DNA of 64,000 bases from the NCBI GenBank assembly GCA_014727915.1, contig WJMO01000011.1:21466-85465 (forward strand), given 5' to 3'. A program made the translations under genes and the position numbers. Below the pieces are notes generated by a model that had not been told where the DNA came from, did no database searches, and was given only the letters and a program-made list of their open reading frames with translations. Positions within the stretch are counted from its first letter, which is position 1. Every line of letters begins with the position of its first letter. Origin of the DNA: Candidatus Altiarchaeales archaeon. Lineage in GTDB: Archaea; Altiarchaeota; Altiarchaeia; IMC4; SCGC-AAA252-I15. Positions 55,280 through 64,000 of this stretch are shown one piece after another.

Positions 55280-55281
55280 CC

Positions 55282-58200
55282 CTACAGCCTCTTTACGTAT
55301 CTCTTGCAGTATTTGTACGCTGGTGTCGTGCACGGAAGCTCTTCAGCGTGTATGTAGCCTATGGGCGTGTCGTATGTTCTCTCCTCTGTCTCGCACATTA
55401 TGGTGATGTTCTCCTTCTCATAGGTGCGGGTGCTGTAGCTGAACAGGGGGATTGTACCCGGCAGGTTCTCGGTGTAGGCGTAACCGAGGAACCCTGTGTT
55501 CACGTACCCGCGCTCTGACTCGTTCCTGTTGCTGCTAAGGAAGAAGTCGTTGCTGTCATCGTTGAAGTGCCGGTATATGGGCACAGCATCGGGGTGGGGC
55601 TGCAACCTGATGTAGCCCACGACCTTGCCCCGTGTGTACTTGTCCATAGTCGGGGATATGAAGGTCCGGGTTCCCGCGCAAGCTTCCGTGTCCACATAGT
55701 TCTCTTCAGTATCGCCCTCCTTGAAAAGCCATAAGAGCGTCGAATTAGGCGGGCTTTTGTAATATGCGTAGCCGAGGCCCTCGCCCCAGCTGACGTTGCC
55801 GTCTATGAAATGCCCGGTCAGGTCATAGCAGTCACCGTGGCAGCTGTTATACGAGTAGCCCAGGAGCTTCAACCGCACATACTCCGTGTGGGTTATGTCC
55901 GCCGCCGCATCCGGGCTGACCTTCACGTCCATATCCCCCGTTTCAGCGTCATTCTTCAGGTATAGGTAGATCGGAGTCGTATCCGCGGCGGGTATGGCGC
56001 TTATGTAGCCGATCGGAGAGCTCCTGGCCAGGTTGTTCAGGAACTTGTTGGTCTCCCCGCAGGCGTCTATGCTGACCATGTTCTCAACCACGCAGACGGT
56101 GGGGTGGCAGTCCATCCTGAACAGCCAGCAGAAGAACTCCCCTATGGCGCTGAAAAGGTCTGCGAAGAACTCGCCTATGGCGATGAAGATGTCCACTATG
56201 AACTCGAACGCTGCGACGATGCAGTCCCAGAGCAGCTCGAGGGTCGCCACCAGCATGCGACCAAGCTCGGCGAACAGGACAGCGGGGTTGTACCAGCCTT
56301 CAGCCAGGGCTTGGAGGCTCTCGCCAAGTGTGTTTATGAACTCGTTGGCGCCTAGGAGCACGCCGCCTATGAGCTCGTCAACTGCGCCGAATACTCCCCC
56401 GATGAGGGGCACTTCATCGGTGTATCCCCCCCAACCGAATATGAACTCTGAAATGAACCCGACAACAAGTGTGGCTGTCCCCCCCACCATCTCCGTCAGC
56501 CCCTCGAGCACCTCGCCGTCGGCGAAGTCGTCAGCGCCGTTGCTCATCATCGCCAGAGACTGGGCTGCAGCCAGTTCGGTCCTTATCTGGTCCAGGTTCC
56601 CGGGTGGCAGGGGGCCGTTGCTGACTCCAAGGTATATCCTGTTCCACATGGGTATGCTGTCCCAGAGGTTCATCTCACCCCAGTAGCGTGCTAGCCGTGA
56701 TTCCTCCAGCTCGTACTGGTAACCCCAGGGGTTGTAGATGCCGTATACCGTCTCCCAGACCCCGGGTATGTGGGGGTTCTCCCTCTGGCAGTAGCTGACT
56801 ATCACCACCCAATGGGATGATTCCACGTTCCCGCCGCCGTCGGTTGTCAAACCCACGATTACGGGCACGCCGTCGTCTATGAACCTCTTAATGTCGTTGA
56901 AGTCGCCGTTCTGGTATATCTCAGCGTTCACACCCTGGCTGCGGGTGTAGTCCACAAGCCCGACGGGGTCGCTGAACATCCCTCCCTCGGCGCCGAATGA
57001 CTCGCTGCTGTCGTCCGCGCGAATCTCGTCGTCGACCAGCTGGTGGGTGTATGAGTCGTCGCCTGTGAGGAACCTGAGCGTGTAGGCGAGGCTGGTGGTC
57101 CCGCAGGAGTTGGTGCTGCCCTGGCCAGGCAGCCAGATGCTGTCCACCTGCACCGTCCGTGTGACGGAGGAGTTCCTACCGCCCATGTCCACTACTGTGT
57201 GGGTGAGTTCGTAGGTCATTGGGGATCCATATTGTCTGTAGTAGTCTTCTCCTGTTGCGAGCGGGGTTGAGCCACTGCTCCACATGTGCTCTGACAGGTC
57301 ATGGTCTCCCTGCGAGGCGGCCGTGGAATGCCAGACGTTCAGCCCGCGGTCGTAGCCGAATGTGAACTCCGCCCGCGGCATGTTGGGCCTGGCCGGGTCT
57401 ACGAGTATGCTGCGGGTGACTGTAGCGTTGTCTCCGCTGTCGTCGGTTACCGTGAGCGAGACCATGAACTGGCCATGTGATGGGAACATGTAGGTGATAT
57501 TCTGGGTGGTGTATGTCACTCCGTCTCCGAAGTCCCAGTACCATGCGGTGATGGTCCCGTCCCTGTCGGATGAGTTGTCCGTGAATGTCGCCTCGGCGAT
57601 GCTTGGATCGAGGTCAAAGTAGAAGTCCGCGTAGGGTATGCTGTTCATCGCAGGCGTCGCATCCCATGGTCCCATCTTCATGCCCCTCAACAGCTCTGAT
57701 CCGCTGTCCCGGTAGTAGTTTCCTAGAGTGTCTTTTGCCCTGCCTATGGCCATCATCGGCGTCTCAGGGCAGCTGAGGTCCATCTCCTCCTCGTCTCCGA
57801 GGTAGGACGCTCCAGACGAGGTGCTCATGCGGCCTGGCAGCTCAACCTTCACGGTCTTGACCCATCCGTTGTTGTCCTCCCTGTACTCTGCCACTTCGAA
57901 TGCGGAGTCCACGTAGGCTGTGACGTTCCAGTCTCCGGCGTCCTTGAATATGAGCGCGTTGGGGAACTCTATCACCGTCCTGTTGCCTGCATCCAACTGG
58001 GGCACGGTCTTCGTTACAGGCTCGCACATCCAGTACAGAGTGAGATTCGCTTCTGGAGAGTCGCGGAAGCCCCTGTTCTCCACTTCCACGGCTATCGAGG
58101 CATATCTCATCATACGCAGCCTCGAGGGCATGTACTCGACGTGGGTTATCGTGAGGTCCGGTAGGAGGGCGCAGACGCCCTCGTCGCAGGCATAGTCTCC

Positions 58201-58536
58201 AGGGCACTGTGATACGAGCTCGGACACCCTTGTTCCGTTACAGTGGTATTCTCTCACATGGGTTGTGTTGACGCACTCGTCCTCCCTGGCTGTTATGCAG
58301 GATGCGGAACCCCGTATGAAAAGGTCCAAGCCGGACTGTGGCGTTCCGGTGCATGAGAGGCATGTGACAAACCGCATGTCCCTTATGTACCTCGCGTAGA
58401 TGTCCGGTTTGTATATGGCGCTTTCGGAGATGAGGTTGTCCGCCATAGAATAAGGTGCAATGGTATGGTCGAGGCTGACGGCTGAGGCCAGAGATGCCAA
58501 GCATGCCATTATCATCACGGCCATGGCTTTTTTCAC
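55282..58536 (-). CDS. Secreted CARDB + 2xPKD + C39-like peptidase + hydrophobic helical region + C-terminal repeats
   Basis: GTG 58536 start + signal peptide; PDL.I...V.N.G...VD....V.E..EDNN (CARDB); S.D.DG.I..W.WDFGDG (PKD); QGSTNSCG / SHWVV / YNPWG triad; GYI....P.Y repeats. Confidence 0.8.
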   Translation of the reverse strand: MKKAMAVMIMACLASLASAVSLDHTIAPYSMADNLISESAIYKPDIYARYIRDMRFVTCLSCTGTPQSGLDLFIRGSASCITAREDECVNTTHVREYHCNGTRVSELVSQCPGDYACDEGVCALLPDLTITHVEYMPSRLRMMRYASIAVEVENRGFRDSPEANLTLYWMCEPVTKTVPQLDAGNRTVIEFPNALIFKDAGDWNVTAYVDSAFEVAEYREDNNGWVKTVKVELPGRMSTSSGASYLGDEEEMDLSCPETPMMAIGRAKDTLGNYYRDSGSELLRGMKMGPWDATPAMNSIPYADFYFDLDPSIAEATFTDNSSDRDGTITAWYWDFGDGVTYTTQNITYMFPSHGQFMVSLTVTDDSGDNATVTRSILVDPARPNMPRAEFTFGYDRGLNVWHSTAASQGDHDLSEHMWSSGSTPLATGEDYYRQYGSPMTYELTHTVVDMGGRNSSVTRTVQVDSIWLPGQGSTNSCGTTSLAYTLRFLTGDDSYTHQLVDDEIRADDSSESFGAEGGMFSDPVGLVDYTRSQGVNAEIYQNGDFNDIKRFIDDGVPVIVGLTTDGGGNVESSHWVVIVSYCQRENPHIPGVWETVYGIYNPWGYQYELEESRLARYWGEMNLWDSIPMWNRIYLGVSNGPLPPGNLDQIRTELAAAQSLAMMSNGADDFADGEVLEGLTEMVGGTATLVVGFISEFIFGWGGYTDEVPLIGGVFGAVDELIGGVLLGANEFINTLGESLQALAEGWYNPAVLFAELGRMLVATLELLWDCIVAAFEFIVDIFIAIGEFFADLFSAIGEFFCWLFRMDCHPTVCVVENMVSIDACGETNKFLNNLARSSPIGYISAIPAADTTPIYLYLKNDAETGDMDVKVSPDAAADITHTEYVRLKLLGYSYNSCHGDCYDLTGHFIDGNVSWGEGLGYAYYKSPPNSTLLWLFKEGDTEENYVDTEACAGTRTFISPTMDKYTRGKVVGYIRLQPHPDAVPIYRHFNDDSNDFFLSSNRNESERGYVNTGFLGYAYTENLPGTIPLFSYSTRTYEKENITIMCETEERTYDTPIGYIHAEELPCTTPAYKYCKRYVKRL

Positions 58537-61214
58537 ACTCCCACCCCCACGGGCGCGTCCTCCCCGTACTCGACGTATGCTATCCCGTCCTCGTCTATCG
58601 CCACCACGTACTCGTCGTTGCCTCCTTCCAGCAGCTCTCCGCATGCCAGGGAGTCGTATTTCGTCCAGGGGAAGTAGTTGACCTTCAACGGCCCGGTCAT
58701 GTCGTATACGTAGACTGCGCCGTCGTCGTCGACGCCGACTACGAGCTCGTCCTTCCCATCCCCGACCATGTTCCCGGCTGTGAGCCTGTCATGGGGTGTG
58801 AAACGCTCCAGTCGGAATGATATCCTCTCTGTCAGGGTGTCATCGGAAAATACCGAGACCGTGTCGTCCGAGTTATAGGCTATCGCCAGCTCTTTCTTGC
58901 CGTCGCCGAATAGGTCTGCCAGGGCTGCCCCGTCGTCGCCTCCAGCGTCCCCGTGGTATCTGACCCCCTTGAAGTCCTTGCCCAGCCCACGGGAGGTGAG
59001 GTAGAATCCGCCGCTGTCATACAGGTATGCTGTGTCGTCTCCTTTCTTCACCACCACCATCTCGGATTTGCCGTCCCCGACCAAATCGCCCGCGATGAAC
59101 CCGTCGTCCTGTTCGAAGTCCGCGTTGAAGGAGGAGAGCATCGTGCCTGCTGCATCGTAGACATAAACGTTCCCGTCCTCGCTGTTCGCTATCAGGATCT
59201 CTGCCCTCTCGTCTCCCACCACGTCCGACACCGCCAGACGGTCGTATTGGCTGTAGACCGATGTTAAGTTCGCGGCTCTCGACCCGTTCACCAGTATGAC
59301 ATATACTCTGCCTTCCTCCACTGACGCGTAGGCCAGCTCGTCCCTGGCGCCGGGGAGAAGGTCTCCCACCGCAAGGTCGTCGAAGCGTTCGAACGGGAGA
59401 GATATCCTTATGCCCTCCCTGCAGCTGCAGAGTGTCCCTATCTTCAGATTGGTCTCGTTGACAGCGACCTTCTTGGTGAACGTGGTCTCGTTGGTGTTGC
59501 CTGCCATGTCGCATGCGACAGCCCGGTACATGACGGTGCTGTAGTTCATGAGGGACCGGTTCGCACGGCTGCAGGCTACGTTTGACTCTCCTGTAAAGCA
59601 GCAGTTTCCGATGTACCTCTCCTCGACCTCGTTGCACTCAGTGTCTATCCCGGACTCGTACAGCCGTATCCTGTGTATGCCGGTGTCATCGGATGCCTCG
59701 GCTGTTATGTTGGGCTTACTGGAGTAGTAGAATGTCTGGGGTTGACCAGACAACGATATCAACGGCGGATTAGGGTCCAATAGGTCGTAGTGGAAGTTCC
59801 GCTCTATCTGCGGCCCGCAGAGGTCGGTCGCGTCAACGGTAGTTGCAGGAGGTATCCAGGACCCTGACAGCAGGCAGTTCTCGCAGAGCCGGACCTCGTT
59901 ATAGATGGGTGTAACCTCCCATAGCCCCTCTGAGAGGCATCCGCTGTATACCAGCTTGGGGTTTTCTGTGCTGCCGTTGAGGGGCCAGGCTGCGGGCATT
60001 ATCCTCTCCGCCCCCGAGGTCTGGTGCTCCGCCCTCACGAGAACGTGTGTCGCGTGCTCCTCCCTGAAAGGTGTCAGGTCGCCTTTTATGGGCCTGCACC
60101 CGAGCTCATAGCACATCCTCCCGGTCCCGCAGGATTGTACCGCGCACTGGCAGGGCCTGTAGCTGAGCCCGCCAATCCCGCCGGCTGCGGCCTCCACTGC
60201 AGTGAGGCATTCGCAACCGGATGGGCATGTGGGCCCCGGCCTATAGCAGTACATCGGCGTGTCTGGTGTGCCTCCGCTCCCAGGGCCTCCGTCCACCACC
60301 GTGCCAGGGTCTCCTCCGCTGCCAGGCACCGACCCGCATGGTGTGCTGCTGCACTGCTCGAAGTTGCCTGCAAAGACGAGGTTTGCCGAGGCCGCGGTCA
60401 TGCACGCACACCCTGCAGGACAGCCGCCGGAGGGCCCTCCCCCGTCCTGCACGTCCACGCTGCCGTCGATGGTCTCAACGTTGCCGAAGTCGTCTGTGAC
60501 CTGTATCTGGAGCATGGCCTTTGAACCGTAGGGTCCGTCGTTCCCGACACATGATGCCACTGCCGCGCCCCTCGGGTAGCAGGTCTCCACGGTCTTCCTG
60601 TTGACTATGAGCTTGACCATCCTTATCCCGTCCAAGTCCCCCACCTGCATGCTGTACGCGACCGTTTCAACGCCCTTCAAGGGTATCGCGGGCGTTTTGG
60701 TGTAGTGGATGGTAGTCGGGTTTTGGGGCTGGGTTGTGGTTGGGTAGGTGGTTATGATGTCTATGGCAGGTGGTATCGTGACCGTTGGCATCTGTGTGGT
60801 TGTGGTCTGGGCATATTTCAATGTTGTGGTGGTCTGTGCCGGCTTCAAGGTTGTGGTCACTGACGGCTTCAACGTGGTGGTCGTCGCCTTGACTGTCGTG
60901 GTGGGCGCTATGCAGGTGCATTTCCCATAGTAGCTCGTGCACTGGAGGTTATTGGGGCAGTAGCCTTCGCAGGTGTTCGACTTTTGGTTGAGCGTGCAGG
61001 GCCTAACTGTGGTCGTGGTTGTCGTGGCGTCCGCGCAGGTGCAGTATCCCCCGGGGTGGCTGATGGTGAACTTGTACGTGCAGGCCTGTCCCTTCGGGCA
61101 TGTTCCAGAGCATGAGGGCGGGTTCGAGGTCTGGCAGGTGTATTGCGTCTGAGCGGCGGTGGAAACGATGATCAGCAGCAGCGCTAGAACTGTTATCCTC
61201 CTCAAATTTACCAC
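58533..61214 (-). CDS. Secreted Cys-rich/Thr-rich protein with Ig-like domains and C-terminal FG-GAP-like propeller
   Basis: Signal peptide; C.G.CP repeats; TTTLK mucin-like repeats; CP.GC.C.T duplicates; GD..GDG..E repeats. Confidence 0.75.
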   Translation of the reverse strand: MVNLRRITVLALLLIIVSTAAQTQYTCQTSNPPSCSGTCPKGQACTYKFTISHPGGYCTCADATTTTTTVRPCTLNQKSNTCEGYCPNNLQCTSYYGKCTCIAPTTTVKATTTTLKPSVTTTLKPAQTTTTLKYAQTTTTQMPTVTIPPAIDIITTYPTTTQPQNPTTIHYTKTPAIPLKGVETVAYSMQVGDLDGIRMVKLIVNRKTVETCYPRGAAVASCVGNDGPYGSKAMLQIQVTDDFGNVETIDGSVDVQDGGGPSGGCPAGCACMTAASANLVFAGNFEQCSSTPCGSVPGSGGDPGTVVDGGPGSGGTPDTPMYCYRPGPTCPSGCECLTAVEAAAGGIGGLSYRPCQCAVQSCGTGRMCYELGCRPIKGDLTPFREEHATHVLVRAEHQTSGAERIMPAAWPLNGSTENPKLVYSGCLSEGLWEVTPIYNEVRLCENCLLSGSWIPPATTVDATDLCGPQIERNFHYDLLDPNPPLISLSGQPQTFYYSSKPNITAEASDDTGIHRIRLYESGIDTECNEVEERYIGNCCFTGESNVACSRANRSLMNYSTVMYRAVACDMAGNTNETTFTKKVAVNETNLKIGTLCSCREGIRISLPFERFDDLAVGDLLPGARDELAYASVEEGRVYVILVNGSRAANLTSVYSQYDRLAVSDVVGDERAEILIANSEDGNVYVYDAAGTMLSSFNADFEQDDGFIAGDLVGDGKSEMVVVKKGDDTAYLYDSGGFYLTSRGLGKDFKGVRYHGDAGGDDGAALADLFGDGKKELAIAYNSDDTVSVFSDDTLTERISFRLERFTPHDRLTAGNMVGDGKDELVVGVDDDGAVYVYDMTGPLKVNYFPWTKYDSLACGELLEGGNDEYVVAIDEDGIAYVEYGEDAPVGVGV

Positions 61215-61254
61215 CCACCTGCGAATTATTATATGTAAATATTAATAAGAGACT

Positions 61255-62280
61255 ATGCCTGCTTTGAAGGTGTGGCTCATAAACAAAAAGGTGGTATCTG
61301 ACCTAAGGCAGGTCCTGGACAGGGAATATGGTGGTATGTTCTCCGAGGGTGAGATGGTGGCTGTCAAGGCGCACCTGGGCGAGTGGGGTAACCTGAACTA
61401 TGTGCGCCCTCCCCTCGTATGGGTCGTCGTGGACTGGCTCAAGAGCTTGGGTGCTGAGCCGTTCATATTCGACACGACGACCTGGTACAGGGGCTCGCGG
61501 CATACGCCTGAAGACTATGCTGATACCGCACGGAAGAACGGGTTCACTGAGGAGACCATGGGCTGTCCCATAATCTTCAGCGACGAGTCCGTGGACTTGG
61601 AGGGTCTGAAACACTATGATAAGATTGGAGTGGCGAGGCACCTTCATGAGGCGGACGGGATGGTGGTAGTCTCCCATGTTAAGGGCCACGAGGACGCCAC
61701 CTTCGGAGGTGCGATCAAGAACCTGGGCATGGGCGCTGTTGATGTCGAGGCCAAGAAGGTCGCTCACACGGAATCCAGGCCGGTCTTCATGGGGTCATGC
61801 AGCGAATGCAGGACCTGCGAGGCCGAATGCCCGTACGGAGCCATCAAAGTTGAGGGCAAACCCGTGTTCGACTATGACATATGCTACGGGTGCAACCGCT
61901 GCGTGGACCTGTGCCCGCAGAAGCAGATCAGGCCCCGGAAGGCCAGTGTACGGGCCTTCCTGGCCGAGGCAACGGCTGCTGTGCTCTCGACTTTCAAACC
62001 CGAGAAGCTCCTGTACGTTAACCTGTTGATGGACGCGTCCAAACACTGTGACTGCATGGCATCCGACAACAGCGACTTCGGCCCCGAACCATACCCTGAC
62101 ATCGGCTTATTGGTTGGCGGGGGCGTTCTCGCAGTGGATGCTTGCACCCTGGACCTGATTGACAGGCATGTTGGAATGGATTACTTCAGGTCTGTGTACA
62201 AGTCGGACCCTCGGGAGCAGTTGCGTGCCGGAAAGGAATTCGGCCTGGGCGCGTCAGAGTACGAGTTGGTGGAGGCCTGA
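61255..62280 (+). CDS. DUF362-family protein with 2x[4Fe-4S] ferredoxin domain
   Basis: VAVK.H.GE.GN, T.Y.GSR, SHVKGH...FGGAIKNLGMG, CxxCxxCxxxCP twice, CDC, VA/LAVD. Confidence 0.88.
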   Translation: MPALKVWLINKKVVSDLRQVLDREYGGMFSEGEMVAVKAHLGEWGNLNYVRPPLVWVVVDWLKSLGAEPFIFDTTTWYRGSRHTPEDYADTARKNGFTEETMGCPIIFSDESVDLEGLKHYDKIGVARHLHEADGMVVVSHVKGHEDATFGGAIKNLGMGAVDVEAKKVAHTESRPVFMGSCSECRTCEAECPYGAIKVEGKPVFDYDICYGCNRCVDLCPQKQIRPRKASVRAFLAEATAAVLSTFKPEKLLYVNLLMDASKHCDCMASDNSDFGPEPYPDIGLLVGGGVLAVDACTLDLIDRHVGMDYFRSVYKSDPREQLRAGKEFGLGASEYELVEA

Positions 62281-62299
62281 GATGCGGGGGGCCTCCACG

Positions 62300-64000
62300 T
62301 CATTTGACGGTGTTCTTTAGCTCGTCGAACTTCTTCCTCACCACGTCCAGGTTCTCGGCGAGCTTCTTGTTCTGGATCTCAGCTTCGCAGGCGCTCTGAA
62401 GCACAGGGTCGTTTATCGTCCCGCACATCTGTATGTCGCCCTGCTCGATCGCCTGCTCCATTAGGGACTCGTCGGTCATCCGCTGGTTCATGGTGAACCC
62501 GATGTATCCGATGAGTATTATAGTGATCAATAGTATGAGGAATGACAGTCCTAGAGGCCATTTGCTCACGGTTTCCCCGCCGCCTACCTTGCCCCGCACC
62601 TCCTTCTCGGTCTTCTTGAGGTCTTCTTCCCGGGAGTCAACGGCCTTTATCCTGTCCTCCAAAGCAGCTTCCTTGTCCTTCAATGACTTTATGCGTTCCT
62701 CGTCCGATCTTATCTGGTCTTCCTTCTTCTGGAGCGTCTCCTCCCGGCCTTCCACGTGCTCCCTGAGCTCTTCCAGCTTTATCTCCTTGTCTTCGAGCTC
62801 CTTCTCCCGCTTGCCCAGCTCGGCTTCGAGCTCCTTCTCCCGCTTCTCGAGCTCCTTCTCCTTTTTGAGGACGTCTTTTATCCTGACTTCCTTCTCCCTC
62901 AGCTGGTCTTCGTCGGTTTCGATGGTCTTCTTTGTGTTCTCCAGCTTGGACTCCTGCCTCTGAAGCTCCTTCTCCTTTTCCAAGAGGGTCTTGTTCTTCT
63001 GTTCAAGCCCATTCTCCCTGTTGTTTATCTTCTGCTCCTTCTCCCTGACTTGACGCTCCTTCTCTTCCACAGCCACACGGAACATCTCTACCTTGGCTTC
63101 CCTGCTTCCCAGGTCAGACTCGCGCTTCTCCAACTCCTTCTCCCTGTTCTTCAAACCCGCCTCTTCACCGTCCATCCTCTTGGACCTCTCGTTCAACTGG
63201 GCTTCCTTCTCCCTCAGGGCGAGCATGAGGTTCTTCTCCTTTGAGGTGAGCTCTCTCTCCTTTATCTCAGTGTCGGATAGCGCCTTCTCCTTGGCTTCGA
63301 GCTGCCGCTGTTTCTCCTGGAGGTCCTTCTCCATCGATCCCAGCTTCTCCTCCTTTATCTTCAGCTGCCGCTCGCGGTCGTCGATGCTGGCCTGCACCTG
63401 CAGCTCTCGCTTATCCAATTCCTTGATCCTGTTGTCTATCTCGGTCTCCTTGCCTGTCAGGTCGCGGTTGGCCGACTGGACCTTCAATTCGATCCTCTTC
63501 TCGCGCTCCATGACCTCCCGCTCCTTCTGCTCTATGGCCCGCCTCTTCTGGTCGAGCTCCTTCTCCCGCCCCTGGACCTGGGATTCCCTCTCGTCCAATG
63601 CCTTGAGCTTCGCCTCCCGGTCGTCAAGTTCCTTCTGCTGCTTGTTGATGTTCTCCTGGCGCCTGCTCAGCTCGGCCTCCCGGTCCTTGAGTATCTTCTC
63701 CTTGCCGAATATCTTCTGGGTGATGTCGTTTAGCTCCTTCTCCTTGTCGGCCAGCTGCTGCTCCCTCTGCTTGATAGTTTTCTCGAGCTCCTTCTCCCGG
63801 TCCGAAATCTCAGCCTCCCTCTGGTCGATCTCCTGTATCTTGGACTCCCTGGACTGAAGCTCTTTTTCTTTCATTTCCAGGGTTTTTTGGGTTCCGGTGA
63901 TGTCCATCTCCCTGGTGCCGAGCTCTTTCTCCCTTTCTACGAGGGTCTTCTTCATGTTCTCCAGCTGGGCTGCCTTGTCGTTGAGTTCCTTCTCCTTCCC
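62300..64000 (-). CDS. Long coiled-coil protein with C-terminal TM (5' end outside the window)
   Basis: Frame open to 64000; E/K/R heptad repeats (KEKEL, REAEL); TM WPLGLSFLILLITIILIGYIGF; short external C..I.....C motif. Confidence 0.8.
   Translation of the reverse strand, partial: GKEKELNDKAAQLENMKKTLVEREKELGTREMDITGTQKTLEMKEKELQSRESKIQEIDQREAEISDREKELEKTIKQREQQLADKEKELNDITQKIFGKEKILKDREAELSRRQENINKQQKELDDREAKLKALDERESQVQGREKELDQKRRAIEQKEREVMEREKRIELKVQSANRDLTGKETEIDNRIKELDKRELQVQASIDDRERQLKIKEEKLGSMEKDLQEKQRQLEAKEKALSDTEIKERELTSKEKNLMLALREKEAQLNERSKRMDGEEAGLKNREKELEKRESDLGSREAKVEMFRVAVEEKERQVREKEQKINNRENGLEQKNKTLLEKEKELQRQESKLENTKKTIETDEDQLREKEVRIKDVLKKEKELEKREKELEAELGKREKELEDKEIKLEELREHVEGREETLQKKEDQIRSDEERIKSLKDKEAALEDRIKAVDSREEDLKKTEKEVRGKVGGGETVSKWPLGLSFLILLITIILIGYIGFTMNQRMTDESLMEQAIEQGDIQMCGTINDPVLQSACEAEIQNKKLAENLDVVRKKFDELKNTVK

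Noticed and set aside
60720-61030. Thr-rich tandem repeats (TTTLK units)
   Set aside because: An ordinary mucin-like linker within a secreted protein, not an independent repeat element.
62300-64000. Coiled-coil protein as SMC/Rad50 partner of NurA
   Set aside because: It ends in a TM helix, with no ABC signature, Walker B or zinc hook in the visible part.

Overview
Archaeal chromosomal window (CDP-archaeol synthase, archaeal-type GlyRS, NurA, TATA-like boxes about 25-30 nt before start codons). The Cys-rich surface proteins suggest a DPANN/Altiarchaeota-like lineage, but this is unverified inference. Housekeeping genes: glyS (partial), galT, tatA-tatC-tatB-like, ilvE, carS, larA, hom, topA, nurA. 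Four accessory regions stand out. (1) About 33.9-51.5 kb: a co-oriented cell-surface locus with a giant adhesin apparently split across three separately secreted ORFs (one DNRLRE-like domain is cut in half between two genes), three paralogous Cys-rich two-domain putative fibre modules, three paralogous membrane-anchored Ig-like proteins, and one intact plus two degenerate KaiC-like ATPases. This is a candidate undescribed archaeal surface filament or complex. (2) About 22.6-27.8 kb: an AT-rich island of three orphan Rhs-core toxin/immunity cassettes whose toxin tips and immunity proteins look like one diverging family, plus two Rhs stubs and an RHH-RelE pair. (3) An apparently extracytoplasmic AmmeMemoRadiSAM set next to a Tat operon. 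(4) A secreted C39-like peptidase with a hydrophobic helical region, coupled to a Cys-rich FG-GAP protein. Also present are an FtsZ paralog lacking the T7 loop and a 1.3-kb AT-rich region with a recurring 16-mer. No rRNA, tRNA, CRISPR array or transposase was recognised. All family assignments come from motif recognition by eye, not database searches.
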